Assembly (NCBI GenBank): GCA_017561935.1
Contig: JAFZBE010000043.1
Coordinates: 1,982-65,981, forward strand
Direction of reading: 5' to 3'
Origin: Bacteroidales bacterium
GTDB lineage: Bacteria; Bacteroidota; Bacteroidia; Bacteroidales; UBA3663
Length of the DNA stretch: 64,000 bases
The notes under the pieces were generated by a model. The model was given only the letters and a program-made list of their open reading frames with translations, searched no databases and was not told where the DNA came from. Shown piece by piece: positions 63,830 through 64,000 of this stretch. Numbering within the stretch: the first letter of the stretch is position 1; each line of letters starts with the position of its first letter. The translations under genes and the position numbers were made by a program.

Positions 63830-64000
63830 TTGATAAAATCATCGATAATCATTCCTGAAATCTCATCTGGCGACGAAATCAAGATATCGTCGCCTTCTTT
63901 TGAGCCATATAGTTCATCTATCGGGTAATTACCAGAATAGATGAACTCGTTACGTATCCACGTGCCAAAACCAAAGTGCAAATCTATGGGGTCTGCTTTC
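63799..64000 (-). CDS. hypothetical protein, C-terminal part (gene enters from the right edge)
   Basis: The frame is open from 64000: ..KADPIDLHFGFGTWIRNEFIYSGNYPIDELYG.. The track's M is a TTG codon. The stop at 63799 overlaps the WYL gene 3' end by 31 nt. Confidence 0.4.
   Translation of the reverse strand, partial: KADPIDLHFGFGTWIRNEFIYSGNYPIDELYGSKEGDDILISSPDEISGMIIDDFINHLKYTKFSR

Overview
All family calls come from reading the supplied translations and the DNA by eye; no searches were run. The window looks like a mostly core chromosomal segment of a Bacteroidota genome, probably Bacteroidales or Prevotellaceae. Support for this: TAnnTTTG -7 promoter boxes, a SusC/SusD polysaccharide utilisation locus (PUL), T9SS SprA, and A/T-rich gene spacers. 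About 45 genes look real, and most other ORFs in the track are antisense or off-frame shadows of them.

Gene content, left to right:
- DUF2130 fragment and a BspA-type LRR protein.
- An uncharacterised three-gene operon with two radical SAM enzymes behind a long structured leader.
- A beta-glucan-type PUL on the minus strand: regulator, SusC, SusD, surface glycan-binding lipoprotein (SGBP), GH16, GH3.
- Acyl-CoA synthetase, class I fumarase, GH2, ispG, purE, PAP2 phosphatase, rpoN.
- DUF5103/T9SS-plug-like protein, galE, sprA (2567 aa).
- pheT, YebC, methylmalonyl-CoA decarboxylase-type subunits, LptF/G permease, aminotransferase, PBP1A, aqpZ.
- An AAA_28-CYTH fusion and a CE4+SGNH esterase.
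- A RayT-like Y1 transposase cassette.
- An ECF sigma / anti-sigma / TonB-dependent receptor (TBDR) trio.
- An AT-rich accessory islet: 41-bp tandem repeats, a repeat-bracketed DUF4143 ATPase, small ORFs, a structured RNA candidate, an ASCH-like protein and a divergent WYL regulator.

I recognised no rRNA, tRNA or CRISPR array.

Most worth a second look:
1. The radical SAM trio and its SD-uORF leader.
2. A promoter-plus-hairpin module shared between that operon and the RayT gene.
3. A palindromic element family present once empty and once carrying a GxxExxY gene inside the PUL.
4. The WYL/ASCH/ncRNA islet.
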